Origin: Macrostomum lignano
Taxonomy: Eukaryota
NCBI GenBank assembly: GCA_002269645.1
Contig: NIVC01004600.1
Location: 1-30,245 of the forward strand
Direction of reading: 5' to 3'
Length of the DNA: 30,245 nucleotides
Positions 30,010 through 30,245 of the stretch are shown here, one piece after another (the first letter of the stretch is position 1; each line of letters starts with the position of its first letter). The notes under the pieces were generated by a model that was not told the origin of the DNA, ran no database searches, and saw only the letters and a program-made list of their open reading frames with translations. The position numbers and the translations under genes are program-made.

Positions 30010-30245
30010 AATTCCAGCACCAGAACTGTGTCAGTTCGGGAGAAGATGGCTTCGTGCAGGTAGAGCAGCCTGGCGCGTGTTGCAGCTCGCTCATGGTATC
30101 GATTTCATGTTGAACAGCCTCCTGCCGCTGTGCCGCTTGGGGATAAATTTTCCGGCCCAAGTTCGGCCGCTAGTCTTTTCAATCAATCGGCAGACAACGC
30201 CGAAGCCACGCGTCCTAGCTCTTCGCAAACAATGTACTTGGTCTC
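30010..30245 (-). CDS. Twitchin/projectin-like kinase exon: kinase N-lobe (runs off the window; three frameshifts)
   Basis: Four reading-frame segments assemble into KYIVCEELGR(G)GFGVVCRLIEKTSGRTWAGKFIP..AAQRQEAVQHEIDTMSELQH..RLLYLHEAIFSRTDTVLVLE. Breaks at about 30209, 30138 and 30072. Donor GTAAGT at 30009. Confidence 0.8.

Overview
Eukaryotic (animal, invertebrate) genomic DNA with GT-AG introns of about 80-90 nt and up to about 1.1 kb, and a very high minisatellite load. The style suggests a free-living flatworm such as Macrostomum, but that is inference only. Genes supported from the sequence: (1) a 3-exon PRDM13 orthologue (PR/SET domain plus 4 zinc fingers, +, 8912-11891), with both introns filled by 12-bp-period repeats; (2) a degenerate calmodulin-like EF-hand gene (+, about 12894-14277); (3) two tandem, same-strand stonustoxin-like MACPF/CDC pore-forming-protein genes with intron-free CDSs (+, 18040-19487 with one frameshift, and 20610-22637); (4) the 3' end of a twitchin/projectin-type giant muscle kinase (-, kinase, regulatory tail and six Ig domains, 26245 to window end, five frameshifts). 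The most unusual object is the second toxin-like gene. It has a Cys/His-rich module where fish toxins have thioredoxin and PRYSPRY domains, has no signal peptide, and ends in a CaaX box (CTIS, the same tetrapeptide as human GBP1), suggesting a prenylated intracellular pore-former. Mobile DNA includes an intact hAT MITE with a perfect 8-bp TSD and an internal minisatellite, a related decayed hAT copy in PRDM13 intron 1, a CORE-SINE between the toxin genes, an RTE-LINE 3' remnant and a foldback element of about 1 kb. Most long ORFs in the supplied track are translations of tandem repeats. All six frameshifts can be repaired by adding one base, which points to long-read consensus error, although decay of a duplicate copy is not excluded.
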